From a virus, in the IMG/VR virus record IMGVR_UViG_3300035661_000038, positions 17,956 through 81,955 of that record: DNA of 64,000 nt; one strand, given 5' to 3'. Position numbers and translations under genes: made by a program. Positions 39,026-48,523 of the stretch are shown here, piece by piece (within the stretch, counting starts at the first letter, position 1; each line of letters begins with the position of its first letter). Below the pieces are notes generated by a model that worked only from the letters and a program-made list of their open reading frames with translations, did no database searches and was not told the DNA's origin.

Positions 39026-39402
39026 CGGGGGAGCTCCCGCCTCGGGTCGCGACCAAAAGGCGCTTTTTGGTCGTCGGCGAGGAGCCCTCCAGAGGCGCTA
39101 GGAAGCGCCGGGGAGTCCGGACGGGTAGACGGACGTCCGGCGCCCGAAAACGCCTCCACGTGCCCAAAGAACGCCGCGGCGGCGGCGTCGTGCTCCACGG
39201 CCGCAATTCGGTAAGCCTCTGCCCGCCCAAGCACCCGGTAGCGCGCCATCTGCTCCGAGCGAATCACCCGCATCCACTGCTCGCGGCGCGCGTCGGCGCA
39301 GAGCTCGGCGCGCATCGAGGCGCTCAGGAACCAATCCGACGCCACGAGGACATTCGACGTCACCGAGACCATCGCCAACACGACCAACCAACCCGGGATC
39401 AT
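39022..39402 (-). CDS. Hypothetical membrane-anchored protein
   Basis: Hydrophobic N-terminus MIPGWLVVLAMV. Confidence 0.45.
   Translation of the reverse strand: MIPGWLVVLAMVSVTSNVLVASDWFLSASMRAELCADARREQWMRVIRSEQMARYRVLGRAEAYRIAAVEHDAAAAAFFGHVEAFSGAGRPSTRPDSPALPSASGGLLADDQKAPFGRDPRRELPR
39051..39072. repeat. 22-bp dispersed palindrome copy 9 (GGCGCT)
   Basis: In the 3' end of ORF 39022..39402. Confidence 0.95.
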
Positions 39403-39413
39403 CGTCGCAACCT

Positions 39414-39710
39414 CTACCGCGACCACGCGCCCGAGCTCACCGCCGCGCGCATCGCGTCCTTCGCCATCTCCACGACGCACTCGTCCCATAGCTTCCCGCG
39501 AAGCGCGCGCACGAATCGCGCATCCACGCTCCACTCCCCCTCGACGCGGGCAGCGTGCGGCAGGTCCACGAGCCTCACTCTCACGCGCACCCGCCGCCGC
39601 CCTTCGCGTGCCGCCCCGAGCTCCCACCGGAGCACCGACCGGGACAACCTCACCTCGCCGCGCTCAACGTCCATCCACCGTCGATGCCGCGGAAACCGCT
39701 TCGAAACCAC
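39414..39710 (-). CDS. Hypothetical protein
   Basis: 98-aa ORF filling the gap; start uncertain. Confidence 0.4.
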   Translation of the reverse strand: MVSKRFPRHRRWMDVERGEVRLSRSVLRWELGAAREGRRRVRVRVRLVDLPHAARVEGEWSVDARFVRALRGKLWDECVVEMAKDAMRAAVSSGAWSR

Positions 39711-39761
39711 ACGAGCAATCGAGCGCCGTCTGCGCGTTGCGCACGTGGAGCTCGTAGTCGT

Positions 39762-40319
39762 TCACGACGCGCCGCCCTTCGCGCGCGCGAGCTCGTCGCG
39801 CTTGGCGATTGCGGCCGCCTCACTCTGGACGCGCTGCTGCTTCTGCCAGAGCACCGCCGCCTCTTCGCCCTTCGTGTCGACGATGTCCTCATAAGCGTTC
39901 ACGTGATCGAGGCACGCGCGAAGCGACGGACAGAACGCCGCGCGTCGTGGGAACCCCGGACCCTTGCGGAACCACGCCACGCACACGAGGTCGGCGAGCG
40001 GGCCGGGCGCGCCGATGGCGATTTGGATGCCGGCGCCGACGCGATCGCGCGTGCGAATGAAGTAGTGGTCGACATCCTCGCGGTGTTGGTCGATGAGGTG
40101 GTCGAGCTCGCGCGGCAGCCCGGTGCCCGGGATCGCCGCGTCCACGTCGTCGCCCTTCACGCGCGCCGGCGAGCTCGTCCCACGCACGTCGAGCGAGCCG
40201 TCAGCGCGCGCCGTCAGCGTGTAGCCCCCGGGCACGTCAGTCACATCCACGATCCCACCAGACGGGTCACGCACCGCCGGAGCATCCTCGTTCATCGCTT
40301 TCATCGGAATTCTGGCCAT
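39762..40319 (-). CDS. Hypothetical protein (MARIP N-terminus)
   Basis: GGGAG SD; 185 aa. Confidence 0.6.
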   Translation of the reverse strand: MARIPMKAMNEDAPAVRDPSGGIVDVTDVPGGYTLTARADGSLDVRGTSSPARVKGDDVDAAIPGTGLPRELDHLIDQHREDVDHYFIRTRDRVGAGIQIAIGAPGPLADLVCVAWFRKGPGFPRRAAFCPSLRACLDHVNAYEDIVDTKGEEAAVLWQKQQRVQSEAAAIAKRDELARAKGGAS

Positions 40320-40331
40320 CGGTCTCTCCCT

Positions 40332-40556
40332 TCAACAGAACCGGCGCTTGAACCCTTGCGAGCGCCGACGTTTGGCGCGCTGGCGCGCCTTGATGTGGTG
40401 ACGGGCGATGTGCCCGCCGGGTCCTTGGTCGTCACCGACGACGCGGTAGACAGCGCGCGCCGGGTGGCGCTCACACGCAATCGCATAAGCGTCGGCGTAC
40501 GTCGCCGCCGCGATGGTGTCGCGCATGCCGTCAGTGAACTCGACACGCCAGATCAT
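40332..40556 (-). CDS. Small hypothetical protein
   Basis: GGAGG SD; ATGA coupling. Confidence 0.5.
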   Translation of the reverse strand: MIWRVEFTDGMRDTIAAATYADAYAIACERHPARAVYRVVGDDQGPGGHIARHHIKARQRAKRRRSQGFKRRFC

Positions 40557-40771
40557 CGCCCCCTCCGTCGCGCGAACGCCGCATCGCTCTCGCCGACGAA
40601 ACGCCGGTTGGCCTTGTCGACGCACTTGAAGCCGATGGCGCCGGCGAGGAGCGCGGCACGATACGACTGCCGGGCGCCGTACCGCCGCTCGTCTGCGCGA
40701 CCAGCGATGTAGCCAAATACGAGGCAGAGGAACGCGATCCCGATCCACACGATCTCAACGAGCTCGGCCAT
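40553..40771 (-). CDS. Small membrane protein
   Basis: TM segment IVWIGIAFLCLVFGYIAG; TGATG coupling. Confidence 0.55.
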   Translation of the reverse strand: MAELVEIVWIGIAFLCLVFGYIAGRADERRYGARQSYRAALLAGAIGFKCVDKANRRFVGESDAAFARRRGR

Positions 40772-42306
40772 CACAACACCCCGCGCACGAGATAGAGCGA
40801 GCGCTGGGCGCGCGTCGCCGCGACATAGGCCAGATTCTCCTCCTGGCCACCGCGCCCGGGGCGGTACGTGTCCCAAAGAAGCCACGCGCGCCCGCGCTCC
40901 AAACCCTTCGCCTTATGCGTCGACGAGAGAGTGATACGGGCGCTCTCATCGTTATCGTCGAAAAGGCGCGTGATCCGCACGTCGACCTCCGAGAGCGTCC
41001 GCGCACCCTCCGAGAGCGCGTGGAGACATGCCGCGCGATCCTCCACCGGCTCGACCTCACCCGGCGGGTCCATCCGCGCGAGCCGCAGCCGCTCCGACAA
41101 CAACCACTCGTCGACGATGACCCGAAAGCGCTCGACGCCGCGCGGGTCGTTCAGGTCGACGCCGCACCGACGCACGAAGTTGGAAAGGCTTGCCCCGACG
41201 TCACGCCCAAGGACGACAGCGCGACGTCCCTCGCGGAGGAACCCGAGGCACAGCCGCATCAGCGGTGCGTTGGTCCGCGAGAGAATGAAGTCACCGGGCG
41301 AGGCTGTGCGAAGCAACGTCGCTTCGTCGACATCGTGAGCAACCTCACCGAGCGGCGCGCCCGGAAAGGATTCGAGATCGGGCACCCACTGGCGCGCAAA
41401 GTCGACGATACGGCTGCCGCAGCGGTAGCAAACCGACAGCGGCAGCGTCCGCGCGGCGAGACGCGACGTGAGCTTGGCCATCGAAGCGCTGTCCGCGCCA
41501 CGGAATGCATAGATGGCCTGGCGCGAGTCGCCGACAACGCAGATCCGCCCCGCCAGCGTCACCGCCCCGAGCACCAGCTTGGCCTGCGCCGGCGTGAGAT
41601 CCTGGGCCTCGTCGACCAGCACCCGGTCGTACGTCTTCCCCCGGAGCCCAAGCACGACGGGGAGCCACACCTGGTCATCGAAGTCGACGACGCCCTGAGT
41701 GAGGTCGCGCGCCGCCGCCATCACTGCGAGCACGTCCCGCGCGTACTCGGCGCGGTTCGCGTGCGGAACGTCGACCCCGTACGCGTCGACGACTCGGTTC
41801 ACTTCGTCAGCCGTCTCAGCGAGCGTCGCCTTGGCGAACTTCACCCCCTGGACGACGGCGTGACGGCGCTCGTAAGTGCCCGGCGCGTTCTTGTAGAGGT
41901 CACGCGCGAGCTTGGACGCGCGATCGCGGTCCACCTCGAACTTGCGACCGAACGCGCGCATCAGCGTCCGAAACCCGTACGAGTTGAGCCCGAGGACATC
42001 GGCCGAGCGCGGCGCCTGGCGCTTGAGCTCGTCAGTGATGCGCGTGTTGAACGCCGTGAGCAGCGTCTCATCGCGCCGAGTGCGCTGCGTGATCTCGACG
42101 ATCGTCTTTGTCTTGCCCGAACCCGCGCGCGCCTCGACGACGGTGTGACCGTCGCCGCTCGTCGCGTCGGTGAAGATCGCCTCTTGGTAGGAGCTCCAGC
42201 GCCACGACTTCGACGCCTCGGGTGCGCGCGCCGGCACGCCCTCCAACCAGTCGTCGATCGACCCCTGAGAGGCTTGGGCCTCGGGGGACCACGGGACGCG
42301 CGCCAT
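40771..42306 (-). CDS. UvrD/Rep-family SF1 helicase
   Basis: ARAGSGKT, LVDEAQD, GDSRQAIYAFRGA, STHKAKGLE and YVAATRA. Confidence 0.93.
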   Translation of the reverse strand: MARVPWSPEAQASQGSIDDWLEGVPARAPEASKSWRWSSYQEAIFTDATSGDGHTVVEARAGSGKTKTIVEITQRTRRDETLLTAFNTRITDELKRQAPRSADVLGLNSYGFRTLMRAFGRKFEVDRDRASKLARDLYKNAPGTYERRHAVVQGVKFAKATLAETADEVNRVVDAYGVDVPHANRAEYARDVLAVMAAARDLTQGVVDFDDQVWLPVVLGLRGKTYDRVLVDEAQDLTPAQAKLVLGAVTLAGRICVVGDSRQAIYAFRGADSASMAKLTSRLAARTLPLSVCYRCGSRIVDFARQWVPDLESFPGAPLGEVAHDVDEATLLRTASPGDFILSRTNAPLMRLCLGFLREGRRAVVLGRDVGASLSNFVRRCGVDLNDPRGVERFRVIVDEWLLSERLRLARMDPPGEVEPVEDRAACLHALSEGARTLSEVDVRITRLFDDNDESARITLSSTHKAKGLERGRAWLLWDTYRPGRGGQEENLAYVAATRAQRSLYLVRGVL

Positions 42307-42473
42307 CACTCCCACCTATCCAGGTCAACGATTGAGACGACGCCGCACGCCTGGTCGGCAGCGTCGCACCTTATGACCTTGGCCGAGCGCGCACGGTCGC
42401 AAAACTCGTCGTGCCAGTCGTCATCGAGCTGCGGTGCCGTCGTCAACGCGGCCACGAGGGGATGCTGGTCCAT
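42306..42473 (-). CDS. 55-aa hypothetical protein (not in the ORF track)
   Basis: AAGGAG SD; MDQHPLVAAL...DRWE; TGATG coupling to the helicase. Confidence 0.45.
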   Translation of the reverse strand: MDQHPLVAALTTAPQLDDDWHDEFCDRARSAKVIRCDAADQACGVVSIVDLDRWE

Positions 42474-42509
42474 CGGGTCTCTCCTTGGTTCAGGTTCAAG
42501 TCACACCAG

Positions 42510-42599
42510 TGCCCCCATGAGGAGTCGAACCTCATGCACCAAGCCACGCGCGCGAAACGACCAGAAAGCGCGAGACGACTCGGAGAACCGCTCAGGGGC
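42510..42599 (-). ncRNA. tRNA-like RNA with non-canonical anticodon arm
   Basis: Acceptor GCCCCTG/TGGGGGC plus A; T-arm TGAGG-TTCGACT-CCTCA; CGCGC stem with a 14-nt loop; intergenic. Confidence 0.55.
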
Positions 42600-42638
42600 A
42601 ATCGAGGAGCGCGCGACGGCGCGCTCCTCAGGGAGCTC

Positions 42639-44312
42639 TCAGCCCTCGAATGGCATCCAGGGGAGCGGCGCCGGCTTGGCGTTGCGGCGACCGTAGAGGA
42701 GCTGCCCCGCGGCGCGCTGGATGTCGTCCTCGGCCCACGGGTCCTGGTTGACCTCGTGCGCGTAACGAGTGAACGCGTTCACGACGGCGGCGCGCGTCGG
42801 ACCCGCGGCGGCGGAAGTGTCCTTCGCCCACATCTCCATCAGCTTCGGCACGACCACTGCCGAGCGGCCGCGTACGGGCACGAGCTCGCGCTCGACGATC
42901 GCGGAGAAGAGACCGGGCAGCGCATCCTCGACGCGGATCGGCATGTCCGGGTTCTGCGCGCGCGCCTCTTCGACGACGTTGTCCGAGACCGCGTACCCCC
43001 ATGCGCGCTGGAAGTGCTCGATCTTGCCGAGCGCCGCGCGGAACCCCTGACGAAACTTCGCCACCATCGCCGCGACCGAGCCGACGTGGCGAATGCGGAA
43101 CAGGTCCTGCGTCGCCTGGTCGATGACAATAAGGTTCAAGCAGAGGTTCTGAAAGACGACCGCGGATCCGCGGAGCGAGCCGCCGCCGGTGTCGTCAGTG
43201 CGCACGACGACGCCGGCCTTGAAGAACTCGCCGGCCACGTACTTCTCCGGCCGGATGTTCGAATGAAACATCACCTCGAACTTGGCGCGGTTGCCGTCGT
43301 AGTCGACCGTCCCGCGAGCGTCGGCGGGCGCGGCGATCGCGAGCGCCTCCGCGATTCGGTCGACGTCGAACGCGCTGTACGACGGCGACACGACACCGAA
43401 GACCTCGCGCCCCGAAGCACCGTTGCGCGTGCGGAACTTGAGCATGTCGACCTCAAAATCCTCGCGCCGGTGCGAAGGACGCTTGGCCTGCTCCGCAGCG
43501 TGCAGCGCACGGCGCGCGTCCTCGTCATCGGCGAGCGCCTCCAGCCACGCGTTGACATTGTGACGGCGAAGCTCGGGCCAGCACTTCGCAAGATACGCCG
43601 CACCGCCGAACCCGAGCCGCGAGCACAGCCCATCGAACGCCGCCCGCGCGAGGACGTAACGCCGCTCCGTCTTGCAGTCGACCAGCGAGCCGTCGACGTC
43701 CATCGACAGGTCGTGCGTCGCCACGAGCTCGTCAGATCGATGCTCGGCGGTGATGCGATCGACGAACTCGCCGCAATACTCGCGGACGAGCGGCTTGGCG
43801 TCGTGCTCGACGCGCGAACGGCGCGCCTTGTCGACACCCGCCCGCACGACCATCGTCCCGCGGGCGAAGTGCGGCTGTTCCGGGGCGAAGCCGGCCTTCT
43901 CAGCGGCAAGCAGATCCGCGCCCGAGCGGAGCGCGCCTTCGAGATCGACGCTCTGACCGCGGATGGCCGCGGAGGCGACGAGGGTGGGGCGCGCGAGCGT
44001 CGCGACGGCTCGGGCGGGGGTTTCGATGGGGACGACGCTCGGGACGCTCGGCGAAGCGACGGCGGTCTGGACGGTGGCGCTCGCCATGACGTCAGCAGAG
44101 GTGAGGACCTTCGGCACGCCCGCGCCGGGGTGGCGCGAGACAAGCTCGTCGCATGCCCGCTCCCAGTCCGCCGGCTCGACCACGATCGATTCGCCGGCGA
44201 GCGAGACGCACACGAGGGGACGCGAGGCATCAGCGCCAGCGAAGGCTTCGATCGGGAAGCGCTCAAACGCAGGAATGGAGGCGTCGGCAGAAGTGAACGG
44301 AATACGGGGCAT
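42639..44312 (-). CDS. DUF932/DUF945-family protein
   Basis: GVVSPSY, DDTGGGSLRG, LCLNL and RIRHVG motifs; GGGAG SD. Confidence 0.75.
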   Translation of the reverse strand: MPRIPFTSADASIPAFERFPIEAFAGADASRPLVCVSLAGESIVVEPADWERACDELVSRHPGAGVPKVLTSADVMASATVQTAVASPSVPSVVPIETPARAVATLARPTLVASAAIRGQSVDLEGALRSGADLLAAEKAGFAPEQPHFARGTMVVRAGVDKARRSRVEHDAKPLVREYCGEFVDRITAEHRSDELVATHDLSMDVDGSLVDCKTERRYVLARAAFDGLCSRLGFGGAAYLAKCWPELRRHNVNAWLEALADDEDARRALHAAEQAKRPSHRREDFEVDMLKFRTRNGASGREVFGVVSPSYSAFDVDRIAEALAIAAPADARGTVDYDGNRAKFEVMFHSNIRPEKYVAGEFFKAGVVVRTDDTGGGSLRGSAVVFQNLCLNLIVIDQATQDLFRIRHVGSVAAMVAKFRQGFRAALGKIEHFQRAWGYAVSDNVVEEARAQNPDMPIRVEDALPGLFSAIVERELVPVRGRSAVVVPKLMEMWAKDTSAAAGPTRAAVVNAFTRYAHEVNQDPWAEDDIQRAAGQLLYGRRNAKPAPLPWMPFEG

Positions 44313-44342
44313 TGATCTCTCCCGGTTGGGGTCGGGGATCGC

Positions 44343-44364
44343 GACCAAAAAGCACCTTTTGGTC
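44343..44364. repeat. 22-bp dispersed palindrome copy 10 (AGCACC)
   Basis: In the 5' UTR of the DUF932 gene. Confidence 0.95.
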
Positions 44365-44434
44365 GTCGAAGCGCCGCGCGGGGCTCGTCTCGATGCCGCG
44401 CTCAGCCCTTCGTCCTCGGATCGCGGACGTACGA

Positions 44435-44619
44435 CTACGCCTCGACCGGCGTCGCGCAGAGCGAGCCGAGCACGATACGGCCATCGTCCCAGTACTCGAT
44501 CTCTCCCTCGACTCCGATGTACGAGGCAGCACTCGCAAGCACGGCCTCGACGTCATCGCTCGTCGCATCGCCTCACGCAGATACGCACCGTTCGTCGTCT
44601 TGATCGCGTAGGTCGTCAT
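44435..44619 (-). pseudogene. Small early gene, apparently frameshifted
   Basis: MTTYAIKTTNGAYLRE, then a coding-like -1 frame ATSDDVEAVLASAASYIGVEGEIEYWDDGRIVLGSLCATPVEA*. Confidence 0.45.
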
Positions 44620-44684
44620 CGTCGTCTCTCCTTGCCCCCTCGGGGGCCGTCGTCAGCGTCCGTCGCTGACAAGAGAGAGTCTCC
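44565..44684. repeat. 120-bp direct repeat, copy A (-10 box, leader, SD, first 18 codons)
   Basis: Matches 63881-64000 with one mismatch. Confidence 0.95.
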
Positions 44685-44717
44685 GCGATCGCGCGGAAGA
44701 ATGCAAACTTTTTTTTT
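44678..44717 (-). promoter_or_regulatory. Sigma70-type early promoter with A-tract UP element
   Basis: A9-GT-TTGCAT-N17-GAGACT. Confidence 0.65.
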
Positions 44718-44973
44718 CACCCGCGTTTCAGCGGGTCAACGTGAAGATGCGCGACGCCGAACGCGTGGACATGACGACGAACCTGACCCGAGTAGCAGAC
44801 CACGAGATGCGTTGTGCCGCAGCGCTCGCAAAAAAAGCTCGACGCGCTGCGGGAACCATTCGCCGCTCTCGTCGGCGCGCCGCCGCTCCCATCGCGCGAG
44901 GACGTGCGGCGCGAACACCGGTCGCTCAGTGACGTGAGTGTCGGTCTCGTCGTCGCGCGACATCCGAACCACG

Positions 44974-45291
44974 TCACGACCTCCGCTGCGCCACGCGTCG
45001 ATCGAGGCGCGGCCAAAGCAACCACCTCACGACGTATCGCGAGCCGCCACGACCAATGCGGTGCACCGAGAACACCTTCCACACGTGGCAATGCGTCGGC
45101 GAACGCAACGTTGCGATCGCGAGTCGAAACCACCGCGGCACCGCTTGGCCGTGGTCGACCTCGACGAAGAACACGCCGAACTGCTTGAGCGACCGACGAA
45201 ACCGCCGCACGAGCCACGCCGCCGCGCGCGGGCCATGGGCGAGCGCGAGGAACGCATCGAGCTCGCGCGAGGTCGACGAAATGCCCTCCAT
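44974..45291 (-). CDS. Hypothetical protein
   Basis: TGATG coupling. Confidence 0.45.
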   Translation of the reverse strand: MEGISSTSRELDAFLALAHGPRAAAWLVRRFRRSLKQFGVFFVEVDHGQAVPRWFRLAIATLRSPTHCHVWKVFSVHRIGRGGSRYVVRWLLWPRLDRRVAQRRS

Positions 45292-45605
45292 CAGCCCGGC
45301 GCCCCCGACGCGGCCGCGAGCGACCTGCGAAGCGTCTTGATTTCGTGCTCCTGGGTCGCGATGACATCTTCGCGTTCGAGAAGCTCGTCACGCGCGTCCT
45401 TGAGTTGTCGTTCGAGCTCCACCACGCGTGCGCTGTGCCGCGCGCTGATCTCATTCGTCTCAGTCCACGCCGCCTTCAAACGCGCGATCTCCACGTCACG
45501 CGACTTGATCGCCACCTCTGCCTCACGCGCCTGCTCCGCGAGCGTCGCGCCGTAAAGCTGGACCACCGCGGCGAGCGCGTTGTGCACGTCGACCGCGCGA
45601 CTCAT
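45291..45605 (-). CDS. Coiled-coil hypothetical protein
   Basis: GGAGG SD; ATGA coupling. Confidence 0.55.
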   Translation of the reverse strand: MSRAVDVHNALAAVVQLYGATLAEQAREAEVAIKSRDVEIARLKAAWTETNEISARHSARVVELERQLKDARDELLEREDVIATQEHEIKTLRRSLAAASGAPG

Positions 45606-45958
45606 CGCGTCCTCCGCGCCGCCTTGGTGGCCGTGACGCGCGCACCCTCCGCGCGTCCGATCTGGAGTCCGCGCTCGTACCCCGCCGCATCGCCCGCGGC
45701 GTAGCCGGCGTCGTACGCCTGACGAATGATCGTTTCTGCATGCGCGCGGTCGCGCTCGTACGACGTCTGCGTGGTGCGCTCGACGATGATGACCCCGACA
45801 CCCGCCGCTTCGGGCGCCGAGTCATCGCGCAGCTTCACGTCCAGGTAACGCTCGCCGTACCGAGCGCGCGCCCACTGCACCGCATCGTACGCGCTCGGCG
45901 CATCAGCGAAGACCGGCGCATCGCAGCTCTCACCCTTGAGATAGATCTCGAAAATCAT
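45602..45958 (-). CDS. Hypothetical protein
   Basis: AYDAGYAAG...GYERG repeats; ATGA coupling. Confidence 0.55.
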   Translation of the reverse strand: MIFEIYLKGESCDAPVFADAPSAYDAVQWARARYGERYLDVKLRDDSAPEAAGVGVIIVERTTQTSYERDRAHAETIIRQAYDAGYAAGDAAGYERGLQIGRAEGARVTATKAARRTR

Positions 45959-46374
45959 CCGATCACCTCATTGCCGTTCGGGCCAGCGATGACATTGGCC
46001 TGGTAACGAAGCGCCGCCGCAATCATCGCCGGCCCGATGTCCTCAGGGATGCGCTGCGACGCACCCGCGATCGCAATCTCGCCGACCGCCGTCGCAATCG
46101 CCGAAAGAGTCATCGTCCAAAAGGACGTTTCGGCACGCGTCAGCTCACGGAACGTCGCCTCCACCGTCTCCGGCGACACCACGAATGCATCCCCCGACGA
46201 GAGCTCGATAACGGCGCCCTCGGTGAGCGAACCGTCGATCGTCGATCGGTACACCGACGCCACGCCGTCGTAGAAGCGCTCGATGGCCCCGAACCGCCCC
46301 GTCCTGCGGTGCATCACCGCACGGCGCTCCGCTCGGATCCTCTCCACCCACGCTCTCAGCCCGTCGTTGTCCAT
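45955..46374 (-). CDS. Hypothetical protein
   Basis: GGAGG SD before MDNDG. Confidence 0.55.
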   Translation of the reverse strand: MDNDGLRAWVERIRAERRAVMHRRTGRFGAIERFYDGVASVYRSTIDGSLTEGAVIELSSGDAFVVSPETVEATFRELTRAETSFWTMTLSAIATAVGEIAIAGASQRIPEDIGPAMIAAALRYQANVIAGPNGNEVIG

Positions 46375-46393
46375 CTGCGTTGCCTCCGCAGCG

Positions 46394-46852
46394 CTAGATG
46401 CCGCCGCGACCAAAAGGCACCTTTTGGTCGTCGTCGCGCGCCGCCTCGATGGCGTCGATGAACGCCTGGGCAACCTCGTTGGGGGGCGACTCGTCCTCAG
46501 GCACGAGGTCGAGCCCCCCAGGCGCCGGCAGCCCCGTCTCCCAACTCCAATCATGAGCCCGGTCGCGCCACCCGGGTAGGTGTGCATCGGCAATCACCTC
46601 GGGGCTCACCGCAGGCTCCTCGGGGTCGCGCTCCGCGTACTCGAAGCCGCGCACCCACCCGGACCGATACGCCTCACGCGCGAGCTCCTCGGCCATCGCA
46701 AGCCACTCCCCACGTGTCGCGCGAGGATGAAGCGAAGCGAACACACGCGCCATCTCAGCGATCCGCTCGGGCGGCTCCGGCCCCTCGTAGAAGTGCCCGG
46801 CAAGCTTCTCCGCGAGCCGCGTCACCCACCGCCGCACTCGATCCGAGATCAC
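46394..46852 (-). CDS. Hypothetical protein
   Basis: GTGA coupling to the MTase stop; REAYRSGWVRGFE. Confidence 0.55.
   Translation of the reverse strand: MISDRVRRWVTRLAEKLAGHFYEGPEPPERIAEMARVFASLHPRATRGEWLAMAEELAREAYRSGWVRGFEYAERDPEEPAVSPEVIADAHLPGWRDRAHDWSWETGLPAPGGLDLVPEDESPPNEVAQAFIDAIEAARDDDQKVPFGRGGI
46408..46429. repeat. 22-bp dispersed palindrome copy 11 (GGCACC)
   Basis: In the last codons of 46394..46852. Confidence 0.95.
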
Positions 46853-48513
46853 AACTTCGCCGCGTGCCGCACACGCGCCTCGATGATGTTCACATACTCG
46901 GTCTGCTTCTCGATCCCGATCGCAGTGAAACCCAGCGACACCGCCGCCACGAGCGTCGAACCCGAACCCGCGAAACAGTCGAGCACCGTACCGCCCGGCG
47001 GCGTCACGAGCCGCACGAGCCACCGCATCAGCTGCTGACCCTTCACGGTCGGGTGCGTGTTGCGCTTGGTCGTCGTGAAGCGCGCGCTCACCGGATCGTT
47101 CGCGTTGGTGCCTCCGCCGGCGAGTGACCCCACGGTCTGCTGCTCGAACCCGGCCTCCTCGAGCCCGGCGTCCTTGTCGCTCACCGCGGCCTTCGGTGCG
47201 TAGCAGAACAACACGTCTGCATCGGGCTCGAAGATCGGGAAATAGCGCGACGCACCGCCGGTATCCTCGTGTCCGACACGCACGAGCTCAGAGTCAGGGT
47301 CGCACACCATCCCCGAGCCATAGCCAAGGCCGCGCGCACGCGGCGCCTTGTGCACCTTGCTGATCTTCGTTCCCGATTGCCGATCGAGTGCCGCAACGGG
47401 GCAGTCGTCAGCGCACCACCATGACTCGACGGCCTTGCCCGACTTAACCTCCTTCGTACCCACACACACGCATCCAGGCGAATGCGTCATCAAGAAGTTC
47501 GGCGGGAAACGACCGGCGTCGATCGACTCCACACGCCCTCCACCAATGCCGAACAGCCCCTTGCCCTGCGGATCCTTCAACGACGTGCCGCCCGCGATGC
47601 CAACGCGATTGCCATCAATGTTCAACGCACCAGTGCCACGCGTGATCACCGAGTCCACGATCGATTCGGTCGGCGGCAGCGGCTTGCGTACGAGCCACCA
47701 ATCCTCACTAGCAGGCTTGAGCGCCGTGCCCCACCCGGCCCACCGCTTCGCGTCTTCGCGATGCGGCTCGCGGATCTGCATCATCTTTTTCGCGCGCTCG
47801 TTACCATCGGAAGGAATACCGGGGTTCTCCGATATCTCGACATCACCGGTCACCTCGCGCTCGTGTCGCGCGCTACCCGGCTTGCCCTTGCGGCCATTCA
47901 GGCGCCACACAACGGCATCCATCGAATACCCGAAGTCGAGAATCCCCCGCAGCACCTCCCACTGTTCCCAAGTCGGACAGAGCGGCCGGGAGTTAGTGTC
48001 GAGCGCAAACCAGCGATTCAGCATCGAAGTCGTGACGCCGAACATCTTCGCGAGATCGCGCAGCTTGAGCACCTTCGAACGCTTCGCGTACGCGGCGTTC
48101 AAGAACCGGCACACGCGCAACGTCTCGTCCTGACCGACGCTGCTGCGTTTATCGATCGCCTTGGCAATGTCGAAGCTCTTCGGAAATCCCTGTCCGAAAA
48201 CATGCGTGATCTTGTCGCGAATCTCGAAGCCCGCATGCTCCAGCGCGATGCCAGTCCAGTGCGAGGTGCGCGGCAGCGCCCACACAAGCCCGTGCGCGCC
48301 CGGCTTCAACACGCGCATCGCCTCGCGCATGACACGCGTGAGCCACGCACTCCACTTCGCAATGTCACCACGGTCTTCATCCCACGCCTCACCCAAGAAC
48401 GCGATGCCCGCCGGGGGGTCGGTCACGAGCGCATCGCACGAATCGCTCGGGAGCGTTCTGAGCACATCGAGGCAGTCACCCTGATAGAGCGACACCGGCC
48501 CAATCTGTTTCAC
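46849..48513 (-). CDS. DNA N6-adenine/N4-cytosine methyltransferase (beta class) with inserted HTH
   Basis: GDCL, TDPPAG (motif IV), HPTVK, LDCFAGSGST (motif I), and LRDLAKMFGVTTSMLNRW. Confidence 0.9.
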   Translation of the reverse strand: MKQIGPVSLYQGDCLDVLRTLPSDSCDALVTDPPAGIAFLGEAWDEDRGDIAKWSAWLTRVMREAMRVLKPGAHGLVWALPRTSHWTGIALEHAGFEIRDKITHVFGQGFPKSFDIAKAIDKRSSVGQDETLRVCRFLNAAYAKRSKVLKLRDLAKMFGVTTSMLNRWFALDTNSRPLCPTWEQWEVLRGILDFGYSMDAVVWRLNGRKGKPGSARHEREVTGDVEISENPGIPSDGNERAKKMMQIREPHREDAKRWAGWGTALKPASEDWWLVRKPLPPTESIVDSVITRGTGALNIDGNRVGIAGGTSLKDPQGKGLFGIGGGRVESIDAGRFPPNFLMTHSPGCVCVGTKEVKSGKAVESWWCADDCPVAALDRQSGTKISKVHKAPRARGLGYGSGMVCDPDSELVRVGHEDTGGASRYFPIFEPDADVLFCYAPKAAVSDKDAGLEEAGFEQQTVGSLAGGGTNANDPVSARFTTTKRNTHPTVKGQQLMRWLVRLVTPPGGTVLDCFAGSGSTLVAAVSLGFTAIGIEKQTEYVNIIEARVRHAAKL

Positions 48514-48523
48514 CGGGTGTCTC

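Noticed and set aside
44263-44619. 118-aa ORF as a genuine full-length protein
   Set aside because: After codon 18 it is Ser/Arg-rich and runs into the DUF932 gene; the -1 frame looks coding instead.
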